Shown: positions 8,623 to 18,965, counted from the stretch's first letter. The stretch: DNA of 64,000 bases from Candidatus Kuenenia stuttgartensis (GCA_945897435.1 CAMDFJ010000005.1:1781-65780); one strand, 5' to 3'. The notes: a model not told the origin generated them from the letters alone. Made by a program: numbers and translations.

Positions 8623-11318
8623 GCCTGTTCCTCCGCGTTTGGCGAGTCGGCCTCCTCCTGCTCGCTCGGCGGCACCGGCACGACCGCAGCGAGCGAATCG
8701 GAATCATCGAGACGCATGATCCTCACACCCTGGGTATTGCGGCCGATCGCCTTGATCTCGCGGACGTTCACCCGCTGGATCTTGCCGCGGGCCGTCATCA
8801 TCAGCACCTGATCGTCGTCGCGCACGGAGACGATCGAGACCACCTCGCCGTTTCGCTTCGTGGCCTTGATGTCGCGAACGCCCTTGCCGCCGCGGTGCTG
8901 TGTGCGATACCGCATGCCGCTCGAGCCTCCGTCGCCGTCGGCCTCCTCGCCACCGGTCTCGGCGGGATCGGCCTCCGCAGAATCCACCTCTTCGGCCGGA
9001 GCGGGGCCGGTCAGGGGCGTGCCCAGGCCGAACGGCGTCCGCTTGCCGTAGCCCTGCTGGCAGACGGTCAGCAGGGTCGCGTCGGGATCGGCCACCACCA
9101 TTCCCACCAGCCGGTCTCCGGAGCCGAGCTTGATGCCGCGAACTCCGCTCGTATCGCGGCCCATCTGCCGCACGTCCGACTCGGGAAAACGGATGGCCAT
9201 CCCCTTGGCGGTGGCGAGAACGAGCTCGTCGCCGGGCTTCGTCACCACGGCGTCGATGAGTTCGTCACCCTCCCGGAGCTTGACGGCGATCAGTCCCTTG
9301 GTGCGACGTCGGCGGTATTCCTCGAGCGCCGTCTTCTTGACCATGCCGCTACGCGTGGCGAGCAGCAGGAACTGGTTCGGATCCTCGAATCCCGAGACGG
9401 CCCGGCAATCCGCGACCTTCTCTCCGGCCTCGAACTCGAGCAGGTTGACCAGCGCCCGCCCCTTGGCGTCGCGGGCCAGTTCCGGGAGCTCGAAGACACG
9501 CATCGAAAACACCTTGCCCAGCGTGGTGAATACGAGCAACCAATCGTGGGTGCTGGCCACGAAGAGGTGCTCGATCGGATCCTCCTCGTCGCTGCGGGCG
9601 CCGGTCAGCCCCTTGCCACCGCGTCGCTGGGCCCGGTAGACGTCGGCGGCCGTTCGCTTCACGTAGCCGGCCCGGCTGATGGTGACCACCATCGTGGCCT
9701 CGGTGATCAGTTCGGCCATGTCGCGGATGTCGCCAGCCTCGCCGCTGATCTCGGTCCGCCGTTCGTCGGCGTGCTTTGCCTCGATCTCGAGGAGTTCCTC
9801 GCGGATCAGCCCGCGGATATTGGCCTCGCTGGAAAGAATCCGACGAAACTCACCGATCTTGTTGAGCAGTTCGCGGTGCTCGCCCGTCAGTTTCTCCTGC
9901 TCGAGGTTGACCAGCTGCCCGAGGGTCAGCCGAAGGATGGCATCGGCCTGGACCGGCGACAGGCCGTAGGTCTCGGAGACGCCCCGTTCCTCGGTCAGGG
10001 TGGCGAACCCATCGGCACCGAGGGCACGCTCCAGGAGCGCTGCGGGAGTGCGGATTTCGCAGAGCCGTTCCTTGGCCTCGGCCTGCGACTTCGAACTGCG
10101 GATGATGCGGATCACCTCGTCGATGTTGGCCAGGGCGACGAGCAGACCCTCGAGCGTGTGCTTGCGGCTGCGGGCCTTCTGCAGCAGGTGCTGGGTGCGA
10201 CGGCGGATAACGGCCGTCCGGTGCCGGAGGAACTCCTCCAGCATGTTCTTGAAAGACAGGATTCGCGGCTTCCCGTCGACGAGCGCCAGAAAGATCAGCG
10301 AGAAGGTGGTCTGCAGCGGCGAGAACTGGTAGAGCTGGTTGAGGACGACGTCCGGATCGGCATCCCGCTTGAGTTCGAGGATCAGGCGAACCGGCTCCTT
10401 GAGGTCGCTCTCGTTGCGGATCGCCGAAATCCCCTTGATCCGATCCTCGTTGACCAGTTCGGCGATCTTCTCCTCGATCGAATCGCGGGTCTGCTGATAT
10501 GGCACCTCGGTGACGACGATTCGGCTGCGGTTCTTGCCGAACTCCTCGACGTGTGCCCGGGCCCGGAGCGTGATCGTGCTGCGGCCGGTGAGGTAGCCGC
10601 GAACGAGTGCCTCGCGGCCCATCACGATGCCGCCCGTGGGAAAATCGGGGCCGGGGACCAGTTCGAGGATTTCGGCCATCGAGGTGTTCGGCTGGTCGAT
10701 CAGCCGCACCAGCGCCCGGCAGACTTCACCGAGGTTGTGGGGCGGGATGCTCGTCGCCATGCCGACGGCAATGCCTCCGGCACCGTTGACGACGAGATTG
10801 GGAAACCGGCTCGGCAGGACCACCGGCTCGGTATTTCGCTCGTCGTAGGTCGGCACGAAGTCGACGGTGTCGAGTTCGAGGTCGTCGAGCATCATCGCCG
10901 CGATCGGCGAGAGCCTCGCCTCGGTGTACCGCATCGCGGCGGCTGGCAGGCCGGCGATCGAACCGAAATTGCCCTGCTTGTCGACGAGGATGTGCCGCAT
11001 GTTCCATTCCTGGGCCATGCGGACGAGTGTCGGGTAGATGACGCTCTCGCCGTGGGGGTGGTAGTTGCCGCTGGTGTCGCCCGAGATCTTGGCGCACTTC
11101 ACCCGGGCGGCGCCCGGCGAGAGGTTGAGATCGTTCATCGCGACCAGGATTCGCCGCTGGGACGGCTTGAGCCCGTCCCGCACGTCGGGCAGTGCCCGGC
11201 TGACGATCACGCTCATCGCGTAGGTCAGGTAACTGTCCTTGAGTTCCTGCTCGATCGGCAGTTCGATCAGCCGACCGCCCGAGATGTCGCGGAGCGAGTC
11301 GTCGCCCCCGGCTGCCAT
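8619..11318 (-). CDS. gyrA: DNA gyrase subunit A
   Basis: [48 protein letters not shown] (QRDR region), active-site AAMRYTE, GyrA-box QRRGGKG. The track ORF starts at TTG 11378. ATG 11318 ([25 protein letters not shown]) is the more conventional start. Confidence 0.95.
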   Translation of the reverse strand: MAAGGDDSLRDISGGRLIELPIEQELKDSYLTYAMSVIVSRALPDVRDGLKPSQRRILVAMNDLNLSPGAARVKCAKISGDTSGNYHPHGESVIYPTLVRMAQEWNMRHILVDKQGNFGSIAGLPAAAMRYTEARLSPIAAMMLDDLELDTVDFVPTYDERNTEPVVLPSRFPNLVVNGAGGIAVGMATSIPPHNLGEVCRALVRLIDQPNTSMAEILELVPGPDFPTGGIVMGREALVRGYLTGRSTITLRARAHVEEFGKNRSRIVVTEVPYQQTRDSIEEKIAELVNEDRIKGISAIRNESDLKEPVRLILELKRDADPDVVLNQLYQFSPLQTTFSLIFLALVDGKPRILSFKNMLEEFLRHRTAVIRRRTQHLLQKARSRKHTLEGLLVALANIDEVIRIIRSSKSQAEAKERLCEIRTPAALLERALGADGFATLTEERGVSETYGLSPVQADAILRLTLGQLVNLEQEKLTGEHRELLNKIGEFRRILSSEANIRGLIREELLEIEAKHADERRTEISGEAGDIRDMAELITEATMVVTISRAGYVKRTAADVYRAQRRGGKGLTGARSDEEDPIEHLFVASTHDWLLVFTTLGKVFSMRVFELPELARDAKGRALVNLLEFEAGEKVADCRAVSGFEDPNQFLLLATRSGMVKKTALEEYRRRRTKGLIAVKLREGDELIDAVVTKPGDELVLATAKGMAIRFPESDVRQMGRDTSGVRGIKLGSGDRLVGMVVADPDATLLTVCQQGYGKRTPFGLGTPLTGPAPAEEVDSAEADPAETGGEEADGDGGSSGMRYRTQHRGGKGVRDIKATKRNGEVVSIVSVRDDDQVLMMTARGKIQRVNVREIKAIGRNTQGVRIMRLDDSDSLAAVVPVPPSEQEEADSPNAEEQA

Positions 11319-11610
11319 GCCGGCATCACCGGCATCGCCCGAGATTCCGTCTCCGCCCTGATTCTCGTCGTCTGCCAAGAGGCTTTCTCCCTGCTGAACC
11401 CCGCATTTTCACGGGGGCAAACGGTTGAACATACCCGCCCTGAGCAACGGGTCAACCGTCCCGAAACCGCTGCAATACCGCTGGTTTTCGCACCCCGGAA
11501 TGGCTTGACCCTGCGGGGCTGCCGGCCTACTCTCCCGCCCCCAAATCGAGCCACGAGCGTCCGGCCCACCGGACCGTGGCCCTGGCTTCCACCCGAGAAG
11601 GCTTGCCTGC

Positions 11611-13323
11611 GTGGCACCAACCCGACTGCACGGCCTGTTCGTCGCCATCGCCGCGGGATTCGTCCTGCTCACCAATCTCGGCGGTCCGACGCTCTGGGAC
11701 GACGACGAACCGAAAAATTCGGCCTGCTCGATCGCCATGCTCGACTCGGGCGACTGGGTCGTTCCCACGTTCAACGGCCGCCTGCGGATCGAAAAGCCGC
11801 CGCTCGTCAACTGGCTGCAGATCGCCGGTGCCTGGGCCTGCGGACGCAACGAGGCCGGCATGCGGATCGGCTCGGCCCTGCTGACACTGGCGACCTGCCT
11901 GATCACCTGGCGGATCGGCGGGCTGCTGCTCGGCCCGACCGCCGGTCTGCTCGGCGGACTGTCGATGGCGACCTGCGTCTGGACGGCGGTGGCCGGGCGG
12001 GCGGCAACGCCCGATGCCGGGCTCCTGTTTTGCACCACGCTGTCCATCTGGCTCTTCGTCCGCGGCACGCCGGCCGGCTGGCGTGGAGAATCGTTCGCCA
12101 TCTCCCCGCTCACAGCCTGCGGCATCGGGGCCGCCTGCGGCGCTGCGATGCTCGCCAAGGGACCGGTCGGCCTCGTCCTGCCGCTGGCGGCAATCAGCGG
12201 CTTCGCCCTCTGGACAGAGGCCGCGGCCGGATGGCGATCCTGGCTGACGGCCATCGTCCGCCTGAGGCTTCCGCTCCTGCTCGCCGCGGCTGTCGTCGTG
12301 GCGTTGCCCTGGCATGCCTGGGTGGCATGGAGGACCGACGGCGAATGGCTGCGGGGCTTTCTCCTCGTCCACAACATCGGTCGCTTCAGCGGCACGATGG
12401 AGGGGCATTCGGGATCGCCGCTCTACTATCCCGCCATGATCGCCATCGGATTCTTCCCCTGGTCGATCGTGCTGCTGGCGATGCTCGCCCATGCCGTGGC
12501 GGTGCTGCGCGGGCCGGTGACCGACGGAACGAGGAGGCCGATACAGCTGCTGGTCGTCTGGGCGGCCGTCTGGATCGGGGCCTTTTCGTGCTCGGGCACA
12601 AAACTGCCCGGCTACGTCTGGCCCGCCTATCCGGCCCTGGCGATTCTCTGCGGAGCCTTTCTCGACGGCTGGCTCCGCAAGGATACGGCCTGCGTGTCAT
12701 GGTGCCGCGATCCAGATCGGGCCCTGGGACTTGTGATGCGGGTGGCATGGACGGTGCTCGCCGTCGCGGGCCTGGCGGTTGCCGTCGGGCTGCCGGTCGC
12801 GGCACGCCTCCGGGCACCCGGCGAGGAATGGCTCGGACTGTTCGGCCTGATCCCGCTCGCCGGAGCCGTCTCGGCATGGCGGTCGCAAACCTCCGGGATG
12901 CCGGCCCGCTCGCTCGCCGCGGTCGCGGTTTCGGCCTGCCTGTTCGTCGGTCTGCTGGCTTCGGTGGCCGCAGACCGGTTCAGTCGCGTCCAGGGAATGC
13001 GTTCGTTCACCACCGGACTCGATGCCGGAATGGACAACGCGGAGCGGTCCAACTGGGCCTGCTACTGGAACGTGCCGCCGAGCCTCGTCTTCTACGCCCG
13101 TTCATCGGTCGCAAAACTCGACACGCCGGAGGACGTCGCCCGCCATCTCGGCAGCCATCCCCGTCCGCGACTGCTGGTCGACAGCCGCCACGAGCCGCAG
13201 GTGACCGACGCCATCCCTCCAGGCTGTGGCGTGATCGCCCGGATACCGACGCTCGCCGACCACCACTATGTCGTCATCGGTCCGCTGCCAGCCGAGGGCG
13301 TAGCGCTCGTCCGCGACGATTGA
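11611..13323 (+). CDS. GT-C fold glycosyltransferase, family 39 (ArnT/PMT-like), paralogue 1
   Basis: 570 aa, polytopic. The N-terminal loop LWDDDEPKNSACSIAMLDSGDWVVPTFNGRLRIEKPPLVNWLQ matches the ArnT/PMT-type DE(x) loop. GTG start. The family call is from memory of the motif. Confidence 0.75.
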   Translation: MAPTRLHGLFVAIAAGFVLLTNLGGPTLWDDDEPKNSACSIAMLDSGDWVVPTFNGRLRIEKPPLVNWLQIAGAWACGRNEAGMRIGSALLTLATCLITWRIGGLLLGPTAGLLGGLSMATCVWTAVAGRAATPDAGLLFCTTLSIWLFVRGTPAGWRGESFAISPLTACGIGAACGAAMLAKGPVGLVLPLAAISGFALWTEAAAGWRSWLTAIVRLRLPLLLAAAVVVALPWHAWVAWRTDGEWLRGFLLVHNIGRFSGTMEGHSGSPLYYPAMIAIGFFPWSIVLLAMLAHAVAVLRGPVTDGTRRPIQLLVVWAAVWIGAFSCSGTKLPGYVWPAYPALAILCGAFLDGWLRKDTACVSWCRDPDRALGLVMRVAWTVLAVAGLAVAVGLPVAARLRAPGEEWLGLFGLIPLAGAVSAWRSQTSGMPARSLAAVAVSACLFVGLLASVAADRFSRVQGMRSFTTGLDAGMDNAERSNWACYWNVPPSLVFYARSSVAKLDTPEDVARHLGSHPRPRLLVDSRHEPQVTDAIPPGCGVIARIPTLADHHYVVIGPLPAEGVALVRDD

Positions 13324-13365
13324 CAGATCACAACCCCTTCGGCGTTCGGCCGCAGAACGCTCCCC

Positions 13366-15177
13366 ATGCACGCCCCCAACCATCCGGAATCCCGCACCAT
13401 GGCCAATGCAACGATCCCGAACATCCGTCATCCGCTGGCCGTCGTACTCATCGCCTCGACCGCCTGCCTCGCGGTCGGCTTCGCGGCGACGCCGTTCTGG
13501 GACGAGGACGAGCCACGTTTCGCGGCGATCGCGCGGACGATGCTCGAAACGGGTGACTGGATCGTGCCGACCTACAACGGCACGCTGGCGGTCGACAAGC
13601 CGGTATTGATGCACTGGTGCATGGCCGTCTGCTACTCCCTGTTCGGCACGAGCGAGACAACGGCCCGTCTGCCCGCCGCGATCGCCACGTTGCTTACGGC
13701 GCTGGCCCTGCTGAGGGCCGGCAGGCGTTGGTTCGACCCGGCCACAGGCGTGATCGCGGCGCTGGCCTACGTCGGCTGCCTGCTGGTCGGCATCGAGGCG
13801 CATGCGGCGACCCCGGACGCGATCCTGACGGCTCTGACCGCCTGGGCGACACTGCTCATCGCCGAGGCTTTTCTCCCTGATCGCCGGCTGCCCGGCAGTC
13901 CGGCCGCCGGCCGGCCGAGGCTGGTGCAGGCCGCAGCAGCAGGCGGACTGATGGGGCTCGCCGTGCTCTGCAAGGGGCCGATCGGCTTCCTCGGACCGCT
14001 GGCCGTACTCCTGCCCTGGGTCTGGCTGCTGGCGATGCAACGTCGATTGGCAGGCCCGCAGGACGGACCGGTGAATCTCGCCCACCTGGTCCGGGCCGGC
14101 CTCGGCTCGATCAGCGATGCCCTGAGCCAGATCCGCCTTGCGACGATCACGACGGCGATGCTCGCGGTCGCGGCGCCATGGTATGTCGCCGTCGGATTGA
14201 GGACCGCCGGCGCCTGGCCGAACGGCTTCTTCCTGATTCACAACGTCGGCCGCTTCGCGGCGCCGATGGAGAAGCATGGCGGCAGTCTGCTTTACCATCC
14301 GCTGGGGATGCTCGTCGGGTTCTTTCCCTGGTCATGCTTTCTGCCTCTGGCGATCGTCATCGCGGGCTGGCGGACCTGGAAGCGGATCGGACCGGCGGGG
14401 TTGGCCCAGACCTACTCGCTGATCCTGCTCTGGCTGGCCGTCTGGGTCGGAGGATTCTCCGTCGCCGCCACGAAACTGCCGAACTACATCATGCCGGCCT
14501 ACCCGGCTGCGGCGCTGCTCGTCGCGGCTCTCGGCGTCGACGCGGCCAGCCGGAACGTCTGGCCCCACGCCGCCTGGCTGGCATCGGGGCTTGGCTGGCT
14601 GGCTTTCGGAGGCGTTGCCACCTCGGCGACCGTGATCGTGGCGACGTTCTTCGGCCTCAGCGGCGCGGAACCGGCGGCGGCGGTCGGCCTCGTGCCGCTC
14701 TTCGGTGCCATCGCCTGCCTCTGGTGCGCCCGCCGGGGTCGCTTCGATCCGCTCGTGGCGCTTGCCGTCACCGGCCTGACGTTCACGTCCCTGGCAGTCG
14801 GTCCGGCCGCCGGCTGGATGGCCCGGGCCAACCAGCTTCCGGCCCTCGTCGAGTCTGCCCACGAGCATGCCGGCGGCCGAGCCCGGATCGGCACCTTCAC
14901 CCAGAACACACCCAACATCGTCTACTACGCCCACGGTCTGGTGTCGGAGTGGACGCGTTCGGAAGCGAGAACCGCCGCATCCTTCCTCGCCTCGGGAGCC
15001 GACGCCGTGCTCCTCGTGCCCGAGCAGCGCTACGAGGAGATCGCCGACTCGCTCCCCGAAGCCTGCGGGATCGTGGGCCGGGCACGGCCGCTGTTTGCAA
15101 AGCAGGACGTCCTGCTCGTCGGCACCAGAAAGCCGCCGGGGGATCGGGCCGCCGCTGAAGGGAGACTGAAACGATGA
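13366..15177 (+). CDS. GT-C fold glycosyltransferase, family 39 (ArnT/PMT-like), paralogue 2
   Basis: 603 aa, polytopic. FWDEDEPRFAAIARTMLETGDWIVPTYNGTLAVDKPVLMHWCMA is clearly paralogous to the upstream gene. Its stop overlaps the next start (ATGA at 15174-15177). Confidence 0.75.
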   Translation: MHAPNHPESRTMANATIPNIRHPLAVVLIASTACLAVGFAATPFWDEDEPRFAAIARTMLETGDWIVPTYNGTLAVDKPVLMHWCMAVCYSLFGTSETTARLPAAIATLLTALALLRAGRRWFDPATGVIAALAYVGCLLVGIEAHAATPDAILTALTAWATLLIAEAFLPDRRLPGSPAAGRPRLVQAAAAGGLMGLAVLCKGPIGFLGPLAVLLPWVWLLAMQRRLAGPQDGPVNLAHLVRAGLGSISDALSQIRLATITTAMLAVAAPWYVAVGLRTAGAWPNGFFLIHNVGRFAAPMEKHGGSLLYHPLGMLVGFFPWSCFLPLAIVIAGWRTWKRIGPAGLAQTYSLILLWLAVWVGGFSVAATKLPNYIMPAYPAAALLVAALGVDAASRNVWPHAAWLASGLGWLAFGGVATSATVIVATFFGLSGAEPAAAVGLVPLFGAIACLWCARRGRFDPLVALAVTGLTFTSLAVGPAAGWMARANQLPALVESAHEHAGGRARIGTFTQNTPNIVYYAHGLVSEWTRSEARTAASFLASGADAVLLVPEQRYEEIADSLPEACGIVGRARPLFAKQDVLLVGTRKPPGDRAAAEGRLKR

Positions 15178-16220
15178 CACACGACCATCAACCATTCCTC
15201 CGCGTCGCTGCGGGGGGTTCACAAACGGCCGCCTGCCGCCGCGTCTCGCCGGGCCTCCTGTCGATCGTCATCCCCTGCCACAACGAGGAGCCGGTGATCG
15301 ATGCGACCCACGACCGACTGGTCGCGTCGCTGCCGGCCACCGGGATGGACTTTGAGATCATCTACGTCGACGACGGCAGCCGCGACGGCACACTCGATCG
15401 GCTCGAGGCGATCGCCGCCCGCGACCGGCGGGCCCGAGTCATCGAACTCTCCCGCAACTTCGGCCAGCAGGCGGCCATGTCGGCGGGCCTTGCCCATGCC
15501 TCTGGCGACGCGGTCGTCATCCTCGATGCCGATCTTCAGGATCCCCCCGAGGTGATTCCCGAAATGGTCCGCCGCTGGCGGGAGGGCGTGGACGTCGCCT
15601 ACGGCAGGAGGCGATCGCGGGAGGGTGAGACCCGCTTCAAACTGGTCACCGCGAGCCTGTTCCACCGCTTTTTCGCCAGCCTCATGCCCTACAAGGTCCC
15701 GGTCGACACCGGCGACTTCAGGCTCCTTGATCGGGCCGTGGTCGACGCCGTCTGCGGCCTGCCGGAGAAGCGACGTTACCTGCGGAGCCTGATTCCCTGG
15801 GCGGGCTTCCGGCACGAGCCTGTCTGGTATGACCGCCACGCCCGTCAGGCCGGCGAAACGAAATACTCTGCCCGTCGACTGCTGGGGCTCGCGGGCGACG
15901 CGGTGCTGATCTCCTCCGACGCACCGATCAGGATGATCTGGGTCGGCGGCCTGGCGATGGCCCTCGTGGGCTGTCTGGCCACTGGCATCGCCACCCTCGG
16001 ATGGACAGGTTCGGGCGGGCGACAGGAGGGCGTGAGTCTGGCGACCGTTGTCGCCGTGGCCGCATTCTTCGGCGGCATCCAGACGCTCGCCGTGGCGATC
16101 GTCGGGGAATATGTCGTTCGCACCTATCGCGAGGCTCAGGGACGGCCTTCATGGCTGATCCGTCGTCGACTGAACGACCCCGTCCAGATGCCGCGAAGCC
16201 AGGATACCCGGGCAGCCTGA
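15174..16220 (+). CDS. GT2 polyprenyl-phosphate glycosyltransferase (ArnC/GtrB/DPM-synthase-like)
   Basis: LSIVIPCHNEE, IIYVDDGSRDGT, SRNFGQQAAMSAGLAHASGDAVVILDADLQDPPE, plus two C-terminal TM helices. Translationally coupled to the GT39 gene. Confidence 0.85.
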   Translation: MTHDHQPFLRVAAGGSQTAACRRVSPGLLSIVIPCHNEEPVIDATHDRLVASLPATGMDFEIIYVDDGSRDGTLDRLEAIAARDRRARVIELSRNFGQQAAMSAGLAHASGDAVVILDADLQDPPEVIPEMVRRWREGVDVAYGRRRSREGETRFKLVTASLFHRFFASLMPYKVPVDTGDFRLLDRAVVDAVCGLPEKRRYLRSLIPWAGFRHEPVWYDRHARQAGETKYSARRLLGLAGDAVLISSDAPIRMIWVGGLAMALVGCLATGIATLGWTGSGGRQEGVSLATVVAVAAFFGGIQTLAVAIVGEYVVRTYREAQGRPSWLIRRRLNDPVQMPRSQDTRAA

Positions 16221-16258
16221 CATCCCGTACCGGCATCGGCTGCGCCGGCAGGCCGTTG

Positions 16259-16280
16259 AAAAGGTCAGCGATGACTTTTT
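16259..16280. terminator. Candidate bidirectional intrinsic terminator between convergent GT2 gene and pckA
   Basis: AAAAGGTCA-GCGA-TGACTTTTT forms a 9-bp stem (one G.U) with a GNRA loop, an A-tract 5' and a T-tract 3'. It lies in the 70-bp convergent gap. The stem is short and GC-poor, so it is weak. Confidence 0.3.
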
Positions 16281-16290
16281 CCAGGCAGAG

Positions 16291-17874
16291 TCAGGCCAGA
16301 GGGCCGGCGGCGAGCACGTTGGCGCCGGCCTCATCGGCGTAGTTCTGAAATGTCTCGCGGAAACGGGCGGCGAGCCGGCGGGCTGCCTGATCCCAGGCGG
16401 CGGTGTCGGGCCAGGCCAGCCGGGGCACCAGCAGGGCCGGATCGACCCCCGGGATCCGCGACACGGCGTCGAGCTTGAAGATCGGGTCGCGATCGACAGG
16501 GGCATCGTCGAGAAGGCCTGAGTGGATCGCGTCGATGATCCTCCGCGTGGCCGCGAGGTCGATCCGGCGACCATGGCCATATCCACCCCCGGTCCAGCCG
16601 GTATTCACAAGCCAGGCCCGAGCCCCATGCCGCTGGAGACGTTCCGCGAGAAGCCGGGCGTAGACGGCCGGATGGCGAACGAGGAAGGCGGCGCTGAAGC
16701 AGGCCGAGAAGGCCGCCTGCGGCTCGGCGATTCCCATTTCGGTTCCCGCCACGCGGGCCGTGTAGCCCGAGAGGAAGTGATACATCGCCTGCTCCTGCGA
16801 GAGCCGGCTCAGCGGCGGCAGCACACCGGAGGCATCGCAGGTGAGGAAGATCACGTTTCGCGGGTGGCCGGCTGTGCACGGGGGCGTGGCGTTTTCGATG
16901 AACTCGATCGGGTAGGCGGCGCGGGTGTTCTCGGTGATCGCGCTCGAGGCAAAGTCGACGGCCCGGGTGACCGGATCGTAGACCACGTTCTCGAGCACCG
17001 TGCCGAACCGGATCGCACGGAAGATCTCCGGCTCCTTCTCGGGCGAAAGATGGATGCACTTGGCGTAGCAACCGCCCTCGATGTTGAAGATCCCCCGGTC
17101 GCTCCAGCCATGCTCATCGTCGCCGATCAGTCGGCGGGCCGGATCGGCCGAGAGCGTGGTCTTGCCGGTTCCGGAGAGGCCGAAGAACAGCGAGACGTCG
17201 CCGCCGGCGCCCTCGTTCGCGGCACAGTGCATCGAGAGCACGCCCCGGGCCGGGAGCAGCCAGTGCATGATCGTGAACACGCCCTTCTTCATCTCCCCGG
17301 CATACTCGGTGCCGAGAATCACCTGCTCGCGTCGCTCGAGCGAGAGGTCGATGCTCGTGCGACTGGTCATCTGGGCCGTGAGCCGATCGGCGGGGAACTG
17401 CCCGGCGTTGTAGATCACGTAGTCCGGACTGCCGAACTCCTCCAGCTCGTCGAGCGTGGGCCGGAGCAGCATGTTGTGCATGAACAGCGCATGGTATGCC
17501 CGGCTACAGAGCACCCGCACCTTGATCCGGCATTCGGGATCCCAGCCAGCGAAGCCGTCGCAGACATAGATCCGGTCGCGGGTGTTGAGGTAGTCGATCG
17601 CCCGCTGGCGGTTGAGCAGGAAGGTCTGCTCGTCGATCGGATGATTGACGGCTCCCCACCAGACATCCCGCTCGCTCTCGGGCCGGCGGACGAGATGCTT
17701 GTCGGCCGGACTGCGGCCCGTCTTGGCGCCAGAGCGGATCGCGATCGCGCCGCTGCCCATGATCCCCGCCTGCTCGCGGGTCACGGCATCCTCGTAGAGC
17801 CGTGCCGGCGGCGCATTGCGGATCACGACGGGAACGAGGATCTCATGCGCCGACAAATCGACGTGCACCGGCAT
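16291..17874 (-). CDS. pckA: Phosphoenolpyruvate carboxykinase (ATP)
   Basis: 527 aa. Kinase-1a GLSGTGKTTLS, IGDDEHGW, FNIEGGCYAK. ATG start checked. Confidence 0.93.
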   Translation of the reverse strand: MPVHVDLSAHEILVPVVIRNAPPARLYEDAVTREQAGIMGSGAIAIRSGAKTGRSPADKHLVRRPESERDVWWGAVNHPIDEQTFLLNRQRAIDYLNTRDRIYVCDGFAGWDPECRIKVRVLCSRAYHALFMHNMLLRPTLDELEEFGSPDYVIYNAGQFPADRLTAQMTSRTSIDLSLERREQVILGTEYAGEMKKGVFTIMHWLLPARGVLSMHCAANEGAGGDVSLFFGLSGTGKTTLSADPARRLIGDDEHGWSDRGIFNIEGGCYAKCIHLSPEKEPEIFRAIRFGTVLENVVYDPVTRAVDFASSAITENTRAAYPIEFIENATPPCTAGHPRNVIFLTCDASGVLPPLSRLSQEQAMYHFLSGYTARVAGTEMGIAEPQAAFSACFSAAFLVRHPAVYARLLAERLQRHGARAWLVNTGWTGGGYGHGRRIDLAATRRIIDAIHSGLLDDAPVDRDPIFKLDAVSRIPGVDPALLVPRLAWPDTAAWDQAARRLAARFRETFQNYADEAGANVLAAGPLA

Positions 17875-18520
17875 CGTTCGTTCTCCCGGGTGGTGCCGCG
17901 GCCGCGATCGCAGATCGATAGGCTCCCCAGGCTGCCAGCACGATCATCAGGCCGCCCATGGCGGCGAGGGCCGCCCCAACCGCGTGGGATCGGACCGGCA
18001 GCCGTGATGCGGCCCGACGCAGTCTGCGGCCGAACTCCGCCCAGTGTTCCGACGATGCCCGCTCGCCCGCTGCGACGATCGTCGCTGTCCGCAGGCCGCC
18101 ATTGCCCTCGATCTGAACCTGCAGGCCGCGGGCGGGCAGGGCTGCAGTCTCACCCGCCCAGCGGGCGGTCGGATCGAGCGAGGAGACGACCTCGGCCACG
18201 AGGGGCCGCAACTGGTCGATCGAGATGTTGTAGACGACCAGCCTGGGACGCGCGACGAGCATGCAGACGGCCACGGCCAGGCCGAAGGCGAGCAGCACGA
18301 TCAGCCAGCCCCACATGGAGCCTCCCAGAGCGGGCCGCAGCAGGGCCAGCGGGCCGACCATCGCAAGGCCGGTGAGCCCGGCAGCCAGCAGGACGCCGTC
18401 CCATGCCCCCGACATCACCAGCGGCCGGCGCCGGAGATGCAGGACGCCGATGAAAAGCAGATACAGCCCCAGCGGCAGGACCGCAGTCCAAAGCGGCAGC
18501 GTGTCGAGGATGGCGTTCAT
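17843..18520 (-). CDS. Hypothetical polytopic membrane protein
   Basis: Four or five hydrophobic helices (LPLWTAVLPLGLYLLFIGVL, GVLLAAGLTGLAMVGPL, WGWLIVLLAFGLAVAVCMLV, AALAAMGGLMIVLAAWGAY). The track ORF begins at TTG 18556, and I prefer ATG 18520 (MNAILDTLPLW). The 3' end overlaps the pckA start by 32 nt. No family recognised. Confidence 0.55.
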   Translation of the reverse strand: MNAILDTLPLWTAVLPLGLYLLFIGVLHLRRRPLVMSGAWDGVLLAAGLTGLAMVGPLALLRPALGGSMWGWLIVLLAFGLAVAVCMLVARPRLVVYNISIDQLRPLVAEVVSSLDPTARWAGETAALPARGLQVQIEGNGGLRTATIVAAGERASSEHWAEFGRRLRRAASRLPVRSHAVGAALAAMGGLMIVLAAWGAYRSAIAAAAPPGRTNDAGARRFVGA

Positions 18521-18568
18521 CGGGATGCAGTGTACGGCCCCTTCCTGCAGGCACAAACCCTGCGATCT

Positions 18569-18688
18569 TCAGCCAAACGCGAGCCAGCCGAGAAAGGCCA
18601 GCCAGGCCAGTTCGAGGGCGAGCAGGGCCAGGAACCGTGTCCGCTCAAATCGCTTCGCCGTGGTCGGAGCGGCCGCCGTGGTCGTCAT
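18569..18688 (-). CDS. Possible 39-aa single-TM micro-protein
   Basis: Below the track cutoff. My translation is MTTTAAAPTTAKRFERTRFLALLALELAWLAFLGWLAFG*. It has an ATG start, high third-position GC and the same strand as the downstream membrane protein. There is no homology evidence. Confidence 0.3.
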   Translation of the reverse strand: MTTTAAAPTTAKRFERTRFLALLALELAWLAFLGWLAFG

Positions 18689-18773
18689 GCTTCAGAGGTC
18701 CAACGCTTCCCGGAAACTTCGGACGAAGCAATCAGTGTAGACGTTGAACAACTCTGCCCCACAGCCCAGAGAT

Positions 18774-18855
18774 CAGGCCCGGAGGGCCGGGTGATCACCA
18801 GCGACCGGAGGTCGCCAAGCAAACAACGGCAGGATGCCGTGTGTTTGCGTGAAAC
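18774..18855. repeat. 82-nt repeat unit, copy 1 (three GGA-triloop hairpins + GGTGATCACC palindrome)
   Basis: Aligned base by base with 18966-19047: identical 82/82. Confidence 0.97.
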
Positions 18856-18965
18856 CGGCCGCCGGAACGGCAAACGCTCCGTCGCTTCGGCGAGGATCCG
18901 CCTGAGGCTTCGCCGCGTTCACCACCCCGGCTCGCTTATCTGTTCCAGATCCTCAACTCCCAACC

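Noticed and set aside
8895-13556. 1553-aa + strand ORF
   Set aside because: It runs antisense through gyrA and then out of frame through the first GT39 gene. It is rich in Arg/Gly/Pro/Ala and has no recognisable domain.
16522-18375. 617-aa + strand ORF
   Set aside because: It is antisense to pckA and the membrane-protein gene, and it has no motifs.
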